Part shown: piece after piece, positions 1-14,345 of the stretch
How positions within the stretch are numbered: the stretch's first letter is position 1
How the letters are laid out: every line of letters starts with the position of its first letter
Notes under the pieces: generated by a model
Seen by the model: the letters and a program-made list of their open reading frames with translations, nothing else
What the model was told of the DNA's origin: nothing
The model's database searches: none
Program-made: the position numbers and the translations under genes
Assembly (NCBI RefSeq): GCF_006345805.1
Contig: NC_043017.1
Span: 27,776,001 to 27,840,000, forward strand
Reading direction: 5' to 3'
Origin: Octopus sinensis
Taxonomy: Eukaryota
Length of the DNA: 64,000 nt

Positions 1-72
1 ATGTGACTATATATATGAGTGATCATGTGTATATATGTGCATATATGCATGTGTGTATGTGCGTACACACAC

Positions 73-127
<55 letters not shown>

Positions 128-540
128 TGCGTATATATAATATAGACTTACACATATAATTCCATATAACTTTATATATAATCTTACATATGTGCATGCA
201 TACATGAAAGCATTTATGTGTATGTATGTGTGTGTGTGTGTGTGTGTTTTCGTGTTTGTGTGTATGCGTGAGTGTGAGCGCCTGTGTGTGTATGTATCTA
301 TATATATACATATACAAACAGATATGATAGATAGACTCTTTCAAATTCAATGTTTCAGTGCGTGCACTGCGGGTTAAATGGTAATTTTTATTTCCGTGCC
401 TGTGTTCCTGAGTGTGTGTGTGTGTATATACGAGTATATATGCGTATGAGAGTGTATGATTAAATGCGTGTGTGTGTGTGTGTGTGCGTGTGTTTGTATA
501 TGTGTTAAGTGTGGTTGTGTTTGTTTGTACGTATGTAGCA
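1..540. repeat. Compound (TA)n/(TG)n/(TATG)n microsatellite block
   Basis: Pure (TA)n at ~76-122 with interleaved TG/TATG runs. Confidence 0.9.
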
Positions 541-1835
541 TATTTGTACAGAATATTTACCAATTTACCAATTATATCACATGGTATCCCATGGTTATGA
601 AGAGAAAACCATTATAACTCACCGAATTACATCGCATATCTCGTATCTCTGTTATTGATTTATCTTCACATTATTTCTAATTTCATACTTGGCTCGTCAG
701 TGTGATGATGATTTAACGATACCAGAATATACAATAATATAAATAATTATAACACAAATGCATCTGATAATGATAATTATGAGAATAGCGAAAATAGCAA
801 CAGTATAAATGATAATACATTCTCACATGTTGTTGTTGCTTTTCATATTCTTGTTCTGCATATTGCTGTTTAACCCCCGAGCCAGTCTTCATCGGGCAGA
901 CATATTATTTGATAATTATTATAGACTTTGGAGACCAGATTATCTTCGCATTTATTTATATATTCATTTCATTGTTTCTTCATGTATTTATATCTAAATT
1001 TCTATCATATTTCCTTCTTTTTCGAAAAGCAGCGGAGTGTCGGGTGTGTAATTCGTGACTCCTATATCTAGAAAAAAATCGTGTGACAACATATTCATCA
1101 CTATTCGACCTAATGTAATTTCTGCTGGCATCATACATGATTAGTGGACACTAGATACGGTAAAGTGTTTGTAATTAGCAAACAAAAGAAATAATTAATC
1201 AATTAATTAAATATGTATATCCTATTCCTGTTTTTCGTTGGTTCCAGGTTTAAAATTAAAACCTATAATGCCACCAAAAAATATATAGAACAGATTAACT
1301 TCCACATTGTAAATGGCCGCCAGGGTTCACGACGACATCGAGACAATGTATTAGATCTGTAAGGATGTTTCTATTCCAAAGGACTGAACGCTTGCATTGT
1401 GTTACATTATAGTGTTTAGGCGTATGGGCTGTTAATTCTACTAAATTGTGAGACAGCGTTCATATAGATGAATGATAATAGTCTCCATGACAACAACTTT
1501 AGTGATAATAGAAGCTAAGTCGTTTTTCTTCACTCGCCGCCATGAAGATCACGACGAAATGTTTAGTGAAGTAAACTAGACAAGAAGTCAGAATTCAATA
1601 CTGGAAAGTAAAATAGAAGCCGAAACTATATTTACACTAAAAGAAATAGCGAAAACATTTTGGAATACACACACACACACCGCAAACACCGCTCACACAC
1701 ACAATCACACAAACATACACATATACTCAGTCGCACAGACACACTGTCAAATACAACTAAACAACTGTCAATCACTTATCTCTACTATTTTTGTCTTTCT
1801 ATCTCTCTTATTCCTTCCCAGTTTAATATATATAT

Positions 1836-1866
<31 letters not shown>

Positions 1867-2519
1867 CACATGCGAAGATAAATAGATATATTCAAATATA
1901 CTTAGACAGATATATAGACAGACAATCACACACACCGACGGACAGACAAACATTCAAACACAGAGAAAGAGAGAGATATATATATATAGATAGATATAGA
2001 TATATAGATATAGATAGATAGATATATACATAGAAAAAAGAAAGGAAGAAAGATAGGTTGATTGATAGATAGATAGATAGTAAAAGTACATAGATACTTA
2101 TTTATCTTTGATAAATAATGATTCCTGTCAGTTACATTCACATAATGAAAAATGTGGCAGCAGTTTCGTATAATTAAGATTTCAATCTTGTAAATATCTT
2201 CTGCTTTCACTGAGTTTTCATTGCCAAATGTATATACATATTTAACAAGATTATGAAATTATCAATACATTAAATCAGAAAGGATTTTCAAGTGAAGTGT
2301 TATCTTCGAACATTATAACATGTGAACGTAAATTGATATGTCTATGTAGAACATAATTTAAATAAACCCTTTTCCTACGTATACAGGAGTCATAGAAGGC
2401 AATTTAAACGATATGCAGTTTCTAATAGTGCTTATTTATGCAAATATAAAAGGGTCTTTTTGAAAATGGAATGGCGATGAGGGTCCAAATTTGCAAAATA
2501 TATATCAAAAGAAGTTCAT

Positions 2520-2952
2520 AGGAGTGCCTGTGTGGTAAGTAACCTGCTTACGAATCATATGGTTCCGGTTTCAGTCCCACTGCGTGCCACCATGGGCAAG
2601 GGTCTTCTGCTATAGACTCGGGCCGACCAAAGCCTTGTGAGTGGATTTGGTAGGTGTAAACTGAAAGAATCCCGTCGTATATGTGTATATATGTATGAGT
2701 GTAAATGCTTGTGTGTATGTTTGCGTGTGTGTGTGTTTTTGTGTGTCTGTGTTTGTCCCCTAATGTCGCTCGACAACCGATGCTGGTATGTTTGCGTCCC
2801 CGTAACTTAGCGGTTCAGCAAAAGAGGCCGATAGAATAAGTACTAGGCTTAGAAAGAATAAGTCATGGGGTCGATTTGCTCGACTAAAGGTGCTGCTCCA
2901 GCATGGCCATAGTTACATAACTGAAACAAATAAAAGAGTAAAAGAGTAAAGA
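2520..2952 (+). mobile_element. SINE family A (my label), near full length
   Basis: tRNA-like head ggagtgcctgtgtggtaag...ggtttcagtcccac, internal TA/TG tract, tail gctccagcatggcc...ctgaaacaaa followed by (taaaagag)x3; same architecture recurs elsewhere in the window. Confidence 0.9.
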
Positions 2953-3874
2953 GTTAAAAACAAAAATAATTGATAACCGCTGACGTATAGTGTCTGCATA
3001 GCTTGTACGTGTTTATATCTATGTGGTTATATTACATACTTGTATAGATACATACATCCATCCACACACATACATACATACATTTACAGAGTCATACATA
3101 TATGTGTTCTGGTGTTCTGAAGTGTGTTTGCATGTCTCATGTGACGATATAAAGACTTCTACAGTAATCTCAAATATACTTATATACACTTATCCACTAT
3201 AAAAACATATCAGATACTGACAGTCCGAAGATGGAGACAGTGAGAAATCGTCTTACATTGACCTGATAAAGCGATTTACAGTCTTCTTGACTACAGCTAA
3301 TACTCTATCCTACTCATATTAACCCTATTTACTTGATCAGATCAGCGACAACTATATTCTCATACTGAAGTTTCAGCTACTGTTTACATGTTAGTACTGA
3401 AATACATCAAGAGAATTCGTTTATGCTGGGAAGTTTCATGAAATATGTAAAATATCACGATCTAATTTAGTATATCATTGAATTATTAAGTAAATTACGA
3501 AAATTATGTTTCCCTCTTGAGCATATTCTATCTCAGTTATTTATCTCTTGTTCTCTCACCCGCTCCAGGCCTCTTTGGACTGATAAGAGAATAAATGCGA
3601 TGTGCAGATGCAATGAGAACCGAGGCAATGTATACATTGGTATAAATTCGAATGTGGAGACTGATAAATATAGCTTAAAATTGGACACGAATCAATAAAA
3701 CAATAATTTCAGCTGAATTATTAAAATATATATTCTTTATCATCGTAATTCTAATTACGTGGGCATATGCAGATATGCACACAGTTACACACACACAGGC
3801 ACTCAGACACACACATATGCTTAATACACAACGCACACACACACATTATATATATATATATATATAATATATAT

Positions 3875-4261
3875 AGGAGTGGCTGGTGTGGTAAGTAGCT
3901 TGCTAACCAACCACATGGTTGCGGGTTCAGTCCCACTGCGTGGCATCTTGGGCAAGTGTCTTCTGCTATAGCCCGGGCCGACCAATGCTTGTGAGTGGAT
4001 TTGGTAGACGGAAACTGAAAGAAGCCTGTCGTATATATGTATATATATATGTGTGTGTGTGTGTTTGTGTTTGTCCCCCTAGCATTGTTTGACCACCGAT
4101 GCTGGTGTGTTTACGTCCCCGTAACTTAGCGGTTCGGCAAAAGAGACCGATAGAATAAGTACTGGGCTTACAAAGAATAAATCCCGGGGTCGATTAGATC
4201 GACTAAAGGCGGTGCTCCAACATGGCCGCAGTCAAATGACTGAAACAAGTAAAAGAGTAAA

Positions 4262-4263
<2 letters not shown>
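3875..4263 (+). mobile_element. SINE family A, near full length
   Basis: Collinear with 2520-2952; ends aaaggcggtgctccaacatggccgcagtcaaatgactgaaacaagtaaaagag. Confidence 0.92.
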
Positions 4264-4302
<39 letters not shown>

Positions 4303-4455
4303 AGAGTAAGCGCATAAATGCGAAACAGGGTGTAAAAACATAGTACTCGACTACCAGAGGTTGAGTAAAATGTTTTATTAAAAAGCAGCAAATGTATATC
4401 AAAAACTGTTACTGAGACAGACTGAAGACGCCTGTCATATATTGGATGTAATCTA

Positions 4456-4497
<42 letters not shown>

Positions 4498-4791
4498 TTA
4501 TATATAGATATATATCTATATATATATCAAATTCTTCCTACACGAAAGATACATTAAAGGCGATGTAATAGAAAATACATATAATATATATGTATATTTA
4601 ACTCAAAATGCAGTTTTGCATCGGTAGATCATCTAAAACAGTGTGTTACATTCAAAGATGCACTTGAATCTGCCACTAGCATTTATTGAAGATAAATGTA
4701 GTAATTGCTCCGGCAGCAAAGATATTGAAACATCTATAAAAATATATGATATCTCACCGACAGTAACAGGACCGCCAGAAACAGAACAACG

Positions 4792-5145
4792 ATGACAACA
4801 ACAGCCGCAGCAACAACAATAATAACTATAATAATAATAATAATAACAATAATACTACTACTAATAATAATAATAATAACAATAATAATAATGCTAATAA
4901 TAATAATAACAATAATAATAATACTAATAATAATAATAACAATAATAGTAATACTACTAATAATAATAATAGTAATACTAATAATAATAATAACAATAAT
5001 AATAGTAATAATAATAGTAATAATAATAACAATAATATCATAATAACAATAATAATAACAATAATGATAATAATAGTAATACTAATAATAATATTAATAA
5101 TAATAACAACAACGATAATAATAAGAAGAACAATGATAATAATAT
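4792..5145. repeat. (AAT)n/(AAC)n trinucleotide microsatellite
   Basis: Direct reading; source of the poly-I and poly-L pseudo-ORFs. Confidence 0.95.
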
Positions 5146-6317
5146 TCTAGACACTCGTATAATTGTCCTAAGAAATCCACAGATTGTCTTACACTAGATG
5201 TTATCCTTAGAAATGAGTTTTAAATAAATTTATGATATATCTGTTGTCTAAATTCAATCGTGTTTTTTTTTCTCTTTATTGGATAGAAATGAATATGTTA
5301 GACAGACTTGTTTCCAAGCAACCGTTTCTAATATAAATCTATATGTTATATAATTTATAGAAAACTATTTGAGAATTTAGATAGCATTCCATACATTAAC
5401 ATGAATCTTCTAATGTGGTTGTTCAAGTAGGATTTTTCTTTCTTGTAGATGCAATAAACGGGCTTTTGATGTATTACGCATACATAAACACGCGCGCACA
5501 CCACATACACTCGCAGACGCAGACGCATACTCATCAACACACACATCTATATACATACGTCCATATATGTATATATAATATATATATATGTATATACATA
5601 TATATATTTATATATATGTATATATGTATATATATGTAAGAAGTACAAATATATATATATATATTATATGTGTGTGTGTGTAAGAAGTACAAATATATAA
5701 ATATATATATACATACATACATATACGTGTGTGTGTGCGTGTATGTCTTTGTGTGTGTGTGTTTATAAAGAATTGGATTGCATCAAAATAAGATACGTTT
5801 TCATACCCAAGAATTTTAAATATTAAAATGAATGAAAATTTTCTCTTTGCGATTATATAATTTTATTACGGTTTTACTTGTTATAAAAATGAAATATTGA
5901 AAGCACTTTATTTAAATTCGTTGCGGATTATAAAGGCCGCATGTAAAATATTCGGTTGTTTATACTGAGTAAAAACAAAGGATATGAACTATAAGAGTAA
6001 TTGAAATAAAAACAAAATTAAATGCTTCAAGCACGAAAGGTATATATCGGGCCAATAAGAAACACCTCTAATCCAAATGTAACAGGTACATCAGAAATAA
6101 ACTCTTGTCGCTCCCTTTGGTGTTCTACAATAACACGCCGAAGGAATTCCAATTCGTTAGTGTCAGATGTACTACATTAAACTTCAGCTCAACTTAGTGT
6201 AAGGCAGTATCCAGTTCATCAATATTACGCTGTCTCCAATTGACACTTATATAAACCTATACCCATATAAAAACCATATAAACCTATACACACACACATA
6301 AACGTTTATATGTGTGT

Positions 6318-6348
<31 letters not shown>

Positions 6349-6793
6349 TATATATATATACAACATACATACAAAATAAGAGAATGGAGAAATACATCTT
6401 AATCAATGATCAACTACCAGATAATACCCAATCACATCATTTATTAAACCACTACATATGAACATTAAGGTCAAACATAATAATATAGAACAAAACAATG
6501 TACATGAAAGAGTAATATGATACAATAAGTAGAGTATGTTTAAGTGAATATAAATAAATACAAATATAAATATAAACTACATATTGGATATGTTATCCCA
6601 TGGAAGGTTGCACTTACAACCCCTATCTCAATTTATGTATATATATATATATATATACACCTGTAAGGGGAAATGCATGCGTGAATTCATTTTAATAAAT
6701 CTGCATACTGCTGTAGATGCGTACATATTTGTAAGTGCTAATTGGTTGGCTAAGTTTCCAGAATATACAAATAGTGTACATGCTGTATTTGAA

Positions 6794-6844
6794 GCTCCAG
6801 CATGGCCGCTGTCTAATGACTGAAACAAGTAAAAGAGAGTAAAA
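6794..6844 (+). mobile_element. Solo ~50-bp 3' tail of SINE-A/CR1 type (extreme 5' truncation)
   Basis: gctccagcatggccgctgtctaatgactgaaacaagtaaaagagagtaaaa matches the SINE-A tail; upstream sequence is unrelated to the family. Confidence 0.8.
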
Positions 6845-8249
6845 TATTCGGGACAATTAGTGCAAGGATATTATTCCCGAGGTTCAAACTAATCTGCCAC
6901 CTCACTTCCCTTACTACTTGTACGTAACAACACTAGAATAGTTTGCTGTAACTGAAATCCCGGCTCTGACGGTCTTGTCCACATAAGTTTCATAATCTAA
7001 CATTACGCTACCAAAGTACTTGCTGCGTCTCCTCTCTCCCGTGCAATTTCCTATTTCGGAAGATATGCAGCGCCATTCTATTACATTCGTTGCTTTTTGT
7101 GCGAAGAATGATATTACATTGCCACAGAACGTCATACATCGTCAGATTCAGATATATTCTTAGTTTCATTTCTTCTTAATTTACCAAAAAAACCTATCCA
7201 TTTTTTTCATCTATTTTCTGTTTAGGATTTTATCACGCTGTTGTATTATCGCGACATTATGTAGTCCCAATCGATTCTCATTTCGATTTTTACTTTTCCA
7301 AAATTTCTCCCGCTGTTACCCATTTCTGCTCGCAGCTGTCAAACATTGAAACTTATATTTTGTCATTGTTGACGTCCTTCATTACCAGAAAATATTCACC
7401 ATTTTGTCCAGGTTTCGTAGCTATATATATTGGCCATTTCTATTTACGAGATATACGTGTATATTTTGCATCGAATATTTTATAATGGTATTTTCGTCAA
7501 AGAACGTTAGCTACAAATCCAGATTCACCCCAAAAGAACTCCTGTGAATATACGTAACAATCTCAATTTATATTTTCTGAACGAACTTTATATATTCTGA
7601 ATGGGTTTAGAAATTCCTTTTTGGTTTTCTGTTAAGAATATCATATCTATAACATAATACTACAAAAACTAGACACACCGATTGATATTCCCTATTACAA
7701 TATCTTTTTAGTTTTCAGCTGTGTTTTATATGTTAAACTAATATTGCTATGCTATATACGTGTAATCGTTCCTTTCATTAGCGTGTGCTGTATACGGTTT
7801 TAATTGAATCAATCTTTCTCTCGTATTTGGAAATGTATGATTAGCGAATTAATATCGCCTCCCTTTCTGATTCTAACATTGTATTAACGTCCATAGATTA
7901 TTTCTCTTCTTGTACGTTGCCTTGGCATTATTCTACACTCAATCCCTTAATTCTTCCCTTCGTTCTTCCGTTAATCTTTGTAATAGTGTATTTAGATGAT
8001 TATCATTTGTTGCATATAAATTAGTCGATATAACAAGCAGTGATCAATGTCCGTCCATAGAAAGTGCATCATCATCATCATTATCGTCGTCGTCATCATC
8101 AACGCCTTCGCCATAGTCCCCCTAATCGTGGTGGCCACCATTTATAATGCCTTCGCCCACGCCTTTATCTTCATCCACCATGATTCTGCTCGTCCGCCTG
8201 ATCCCCCTTCTCAACCTCATCTGCACCCTCATATTCAATATCCTCGTTT

Positions 8250-8540
8250 CTGTCACACATGTATGTATGTATATTTATATAAGTGTGTGTATATATATGC
8301 CTATAAATGTATATACTTAAATATATACATACTAATATCAATGTGTGCTTTTATGCATATATATACGCGTGTGTATGAATATCAATCTATCACTGTCTCC
8401 CGCTTTTTCTCTTCCTGCCTTATATATATATAATATATGTGTGTGTGTGTGTGTGTATATATGTATGCATATATATAATTATATATTATATATATATATG
8501 TGTGTGTGTGTTTGTGTATATATGTATGCATATATATAAT

Positions 8541-8575
<35 letters not shown>

Positions 8576-8900
8576 TTGTATATATGTATGCATATATATA
8601 TTATTATTATATATATATATATATATATATATGTGTATGTGTACATGTGTATGCATATATATAAGTATGTATTATAATATATATATATATATATATGGAT
8701 GTATATGTATATATAATATATATATATATAAAGTTGTATATAGGTGTATGTTTATGCATTCATGAAAATATATACTTATATATATCATATGAATGTTTGC
8801 ATCATATTAATACGACTAAAAACGCATGTAAATATACAAACATAATTATATACATGTTAGTACGCATGTATGAATACACATATATGCACACAGATGTGCG
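8250..8900. repeat. Compound TA/TG microsatellite
   Basis: Direct reading. Confidence 0.9.
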
Positions 8901-9835
8901 TGTTTATATCCCTATATGTTTCCATATGTAGTATTATAAGTGCCCCTCTTTTATGCATCCACGCACAATGTTTCCGCGGTGTATGTGTATCTACGTTATA
9001 TAGCATTCGATATTTCTCTGTCGAAAATGGCTTTTAATTTACTTCCATTATAAAAGGGAATAATTGTAAAACTGCCATACATTTTTATATCCCTTTACAC
9101 TAATTTCGTATTCCATGCATATTCATCGATATCTCTGATTGATACACGGAACAAAGGTCTACAATAACACACAAAAATAATACACATACAAAATAATAAT
9201 TCATATATTCGATATGATAATTAAAAGTTTAGAATGTGTGTGTATTTTTATTGTATTTGCAGTTCTGAAATCATTTTATTGTTTTATGCGTTCAGGGATC
9301 AAATAAAGAGGAAAATAAGAAAAATTAAAAAATGGCGTTGTTTTATTAATTAGTAAAGTAGCATATATCTTCATCCCCATGCTCCAGTTTCCGAAGTTAG
9401 ATAAGAGATTCATTAGGCGCCCAATTCATCATACGTCTCCTGGTTTCTCTATCGTTTTTATAATCTACATACGCATCATTTATTCATTTATATACACTAT
9501 ATATATATATATATATCTATATATAATATATACATATATATACATATATACACACACACACACACACACATACATATATATTCATATATATATATATATT
9601 TATATAATATATATATATCTTCGGATGTATATATGTATCTTGTGTATATGTATACATATACATACATAATATGTGTATTATATATATATATATATACGTA
9701 TCTTTGTGTATATAAATACTTATACATATATATTTATACATATATATGCGTGCATATATATATATGTGTGTGTGTGTGTGTATATATATAAATGTACGTA
9801 TTATGGAGGCATGCATATATGTATGTGAATATATT

Positions 9836-9881
<46 letters not shown>

Positions 9882-10339
9882 TTCGTATTTATGTGCGTGG
9901 GAATTTGTGAGTAAACCGCCCGCTCCCTACCTCTGTCCCCCAACACCCATCCTAATTCAACTCCATTAAAAACACCATCACTTACAACGAATTAGAATAT
10001 CATTAACTGAATCTCATCATCCACTACAACCAGGTTATGCTTCACGACTAACTCCGACCATAACAGAAACCAAAAAAAAAAAAAAAAAAGCACACAAAGT
10101 GAACAAAATCAATTGTAGAAAAGTATCGACATGTTAAAATTGCAACAACAGCAACATGTAACAAAGCTCCATCACAAACAATTACAATAAACAGAAAGGG
10201 AAAATTTCCCTTTCAGCATCAACACTGAATGCTCCTTAATTTAGGGTTGAAGATCACACATGGTAATTGATTTCAATGCGAAGTAAAAGTTTGAAATAAC
10301 ATAGCAAACATTTTTGATAAAAATATTTGAAAATTCACA

Positions 10340-10388
10340 TGAATATGTATGAATGTATGCATGCATATATATATATATTATATATATA

Positions 10389-10420
<32 letters not shown>

Positions 10421-11240
10421 TATTTATATATATAGTATCTATATTCTATAGATATATACATATTATATGCATATATATGTATGTGAATATATATAATATA
10501 TATTATGAATATGAAGGTTGTATATATTATATAATATATAGATATATATATATATATGAAATGAAAGTATGTATATATATATATATTATATATATATATA
10601 TTATCTATATATATATGAATATGCAAGTATGTATTATATTATCTATATATATATATATATATATATTGAATATGATATGAAAGTATGTATATATATATAT
10701 ATAATATATATATATGTGAATATGAAAGTATGTATCTATATATAATATATATATATGAATATGAAAGTATTGTATATATATATATATGAATATGAAAGTA
10801 TATATATATATATATATGTACATGTATGTATACATATATGAAATATATATATATGTACATGTATGTCTATATATATGAATATAATATATATGACATGTTG
10901 TATATATATATATATATGAAATATAGATATATTTCATGCATATATATACATATCAATAAAAGCATACAATACTTAATGTGTGTATATACGTGTATATATA
11001 TGTATATATGTATATATATATTTATATATGTACATACGTCTAATGTATGTATATATATATATACGTATTTAGTTAAATATTTTTTATATATATATATATA
11101 TACTTAAATATTTATATAGTTGTATATATATATAATTATATATATATGTGTGTGTGTGTGTGTAATTAAATGCATATATATATATATTTATATATAGACG
11201 TATGCATATAAATATATATATATATATATATACACACATG
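10340..11240. repeat. (TA)n field containing a 7-copy atgaatatgaaagtatg minisatellite (~10504-10800)
   Basis: Motif recurs every ~30-60 bp, separated by variable (TA)n. Confidence 0.85.
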
Positions 11241-11806
11241 TGTGTGGGTGTAATCATGAACACATAGATGTTATATGTTTAATCACGTGTATGCAAGTTT
11301 GAATCTGAAAATTATAAATGTAACTTTGTTGTTTTCTACGTTCTTCCCTTCTGGTTTTGATGTTTCGCACAATATTATTCGATGAGAACCCACGCACATA
11401 CACACATACACACGCGTGCACACATACATACATACACACACACACACACATCCGCCCACATATTTGCATATACCCCATTTGAATTTGAAATTTTATTGTC
11501 GATCCTTCTTTATTGTTATATTTTGTAAAATAATTCCGTTCCCTTTTTGATGTTATTTCCCCCAAAATTCTTAAATACCTTTAATGCAAAGGAACCAATT
11601 CGTCCTGTTAACAATATAGCTAATTCTGAGCGAAATTGCATGTCGAATGAAAGACGAAACATAAACAATCGAAAATTAATATGAGCAGTTGAACGTGTTT
11701 GACACGGTCGGATCAAATCATTCATTTTTTCTCTATTCACATTTATTCTGTCTATATGTCTCTTTATCATATCATGCTGAACACACACAGAGACACACAC
11801 ACTCGC

Positions 11807-11859
<53 letters not shown>

Positions 11860-12056
11860 ATTTATATACTAAACGCATCTGAGTGGTTATATATGTATGT
11901 ATATACGTACTTGCCTCAGTTTAAGCATGTGCGTATACGTGTGAATTCGCTTGTATTTTCGTGTATGCAATTTATGCATACGCTTGTGTATATATATATA
12001 TAAACTGTACTGGGAGAAGAAACGAAACGAAACGGAACGAATCGAATCGACGCGCG

Positions 12057-12124
<68 letters not shown>

Positions 12125-12682
12125 GAAGGAGAGAGGGAAAGACATAGCTAGATAGATAGATAGATAGATAGATGCATTAATAGACATGCATGTTTGCATG
12201 CCTGTATCAATATAGTACGATCTATGCAGAGAAGTCTCTTACTGAAGATGATTTGTGTAAAAAAAATTACGGAAACCACACAAAAGAACATTATGAAGCA
12301 AAGGAAAATGTTATAATGTTTGAAACCCACGGTAGGAAGTAAAGAATAAGAAAGCGAATATCGCTCAGAAAAAAGAGACTGGGTGAGATGTAGTGAATGA
12401 GGGAAAGAATGAGAGGTAGAGAGAGAGAGAGAGAGATTGTGAATGAGAGGGGGAGGTATTGAATGAAAGGGAGATAGAGAATGAAAGGGAGGTCGTAATT
12501 GGGAGGGAGAAGTGGAAGTTGTTGGATGAGAGAGAGAGGGGTAATTAGAAGGTAAGAAATACTGAGATATTCAAATGGCATTAATACATGATAGTGTGGA
12601 TGAAAGTGAGATTGTAAATGAGAGAGAGAGAGAGAACATATATCTATATATATCTATATATATATATATTATATATATATAT

Positions 12683-12735
<53 letters not shown>

Positions 12736-13731
12736 TGAGAATGAAAGGAAGTAAATGACAAAGGGAGTGAGGTGGGGTCGGTGAATGAATGCGTTAAGGA
12801 GAATGACTAAGATTGTGATCGACAAACCGATTCCGTAACGGCGATAACAATGAATAGCAAGAAACTCTGGTTGTATATTCCATCTCGTATATACAACGGT
12901 ACCTTTAGGTGAAGACCTAATGAATTCCGTTAATTACGTCAATGGCCTTGCGTTACAATAATCAAACACTCTTTTATAATGCTTTATACTTTTTGTTGCT
13001 TGTATTCGTTAATTGTGTTTATTGCTGACGTTCTGATTCGTTATATCTCTTTCATGATTGTCATTATCTTCAAATACACAACCACAGTTACACTCCCCCA
13101 CACACATACACACACAAACACACACACATGCTCATTAACACATACACACAGATTAAATTCCATACTGATACATAGACACTTGTATCTTCTCACACAAACG
13201 TGCTCAAACATACACACAGAAACACGCAGACATACACTCACTCACACACATATATACACACATACAGCGAAACCCATACAATTACGTAGAAGCCTGGAGA
13301 ACACACAAACACATTTCTTCCACAAATGATCAAAGATTTCGTTTCCCCCATTATTTCCAAACACACTTTATTGCTCAATTAAAAATCTCGTTTGGATGAC
13401 TTGTTAAATAGCCTTAGAAACTCACTACCTTTCTATGTATCAGCCTCCATAGGCTTAAACACGAAGCCCGATTCAATATTATGCAGACACTACAAGGTTT
13501 CTGAATCAACGAAGTAGTTTTTACGGAGTTGTATGACATACAATGAATAGCCATCAAAAATTTCTACAAATGACAACCTTTAGAGTTACATGACTCTGTG
13601 GCAAATTTTTTAATATTATGGCAAACCTGATTTGCTCTATCTTTCAGGCTCTTTGCAAGAGAAATTAAAAAATCTGACATCTCGAACTTTGTTTTTCACC
13701 TTTCCGGGGTGAACAGTAATTTACTATTCCA

Positions 13732-14345
13732 AAGGTGGCGAGCTGGCAGAAACTTCAGCAAAGGCGGTGAGCTGGCAGAATCGTTAGCACGCCGGGCGAA
13801 ATGCTTAGCGGTATTTCGTCTGCTGTAAAGTTCTGAGTTCAAATTCCGCCGGGTTGAGCTTGCCTTTCATCATTTCGGGGTCGATAAACTAAGTACCAGT
13901 TACGCACTGGAGGTCGATGTAATCGAATTAATCTGTTTGTTTGTCCTTGTTTGTCCTATCTGTGTTTAGCCCCTTGTGGGTAGTAAAGAAATAGGTATTT
14001 TGTCTATCGCTACGTTCTGCGTTCAAATTCCGCCGAGATCGTCATTACCTTTCATCCTTCAGTTACACACTGGGTTCGATATAATCGACTTAATCCGTTT
14101 GTCTGTCCTTGTTTGTCCCCTCTGTGTGTAGCCCCTTGTGGGCAATAAAGAAATAGAAATAGGTATTTCGTCTGCCGTTACGTTCTGAGTTCAAATTCCG
14201 TCGAGGTCGACTTTGCCTTTCATCCTTTCCGTGTCAATTAAATAAGTACGAGTTACGCACCTGGGTCGATGTAATCGACTTAACCCCTTTGTCTGTCCTC
14301 GTTTGTCCCTTCTATGTTTAACCCCTTTTGGGCAAAAAAGAAATA
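13732..14345 (+). mobile_element. SINE family B head-to-tail trimer with duplicated head
   Basis: Head ggcggtgagctggcagaa (A-box-like) and gagttcaaattcc (B-box-like); three bodies ending ...ccccttgtggg..aaagaaata; units 2 and 3 restart at ggtattt(c)gtc. Confidence 0.92.

Noticed and set aside
6914-7135. 73-aa non-repetitive ORF on the minus strand (also 14696-14908, 14798-15031, 15794-16054)
   Set aside because: No recognisable motif or convincing splice-site pairing; lengths are within chance expectation
10504-10800. Repeat-spacer pattern resembling a CRISPR array
   Set aside because: Spacers are just (TA)n of variable length, the context is eukaryotic and there are no cas genes
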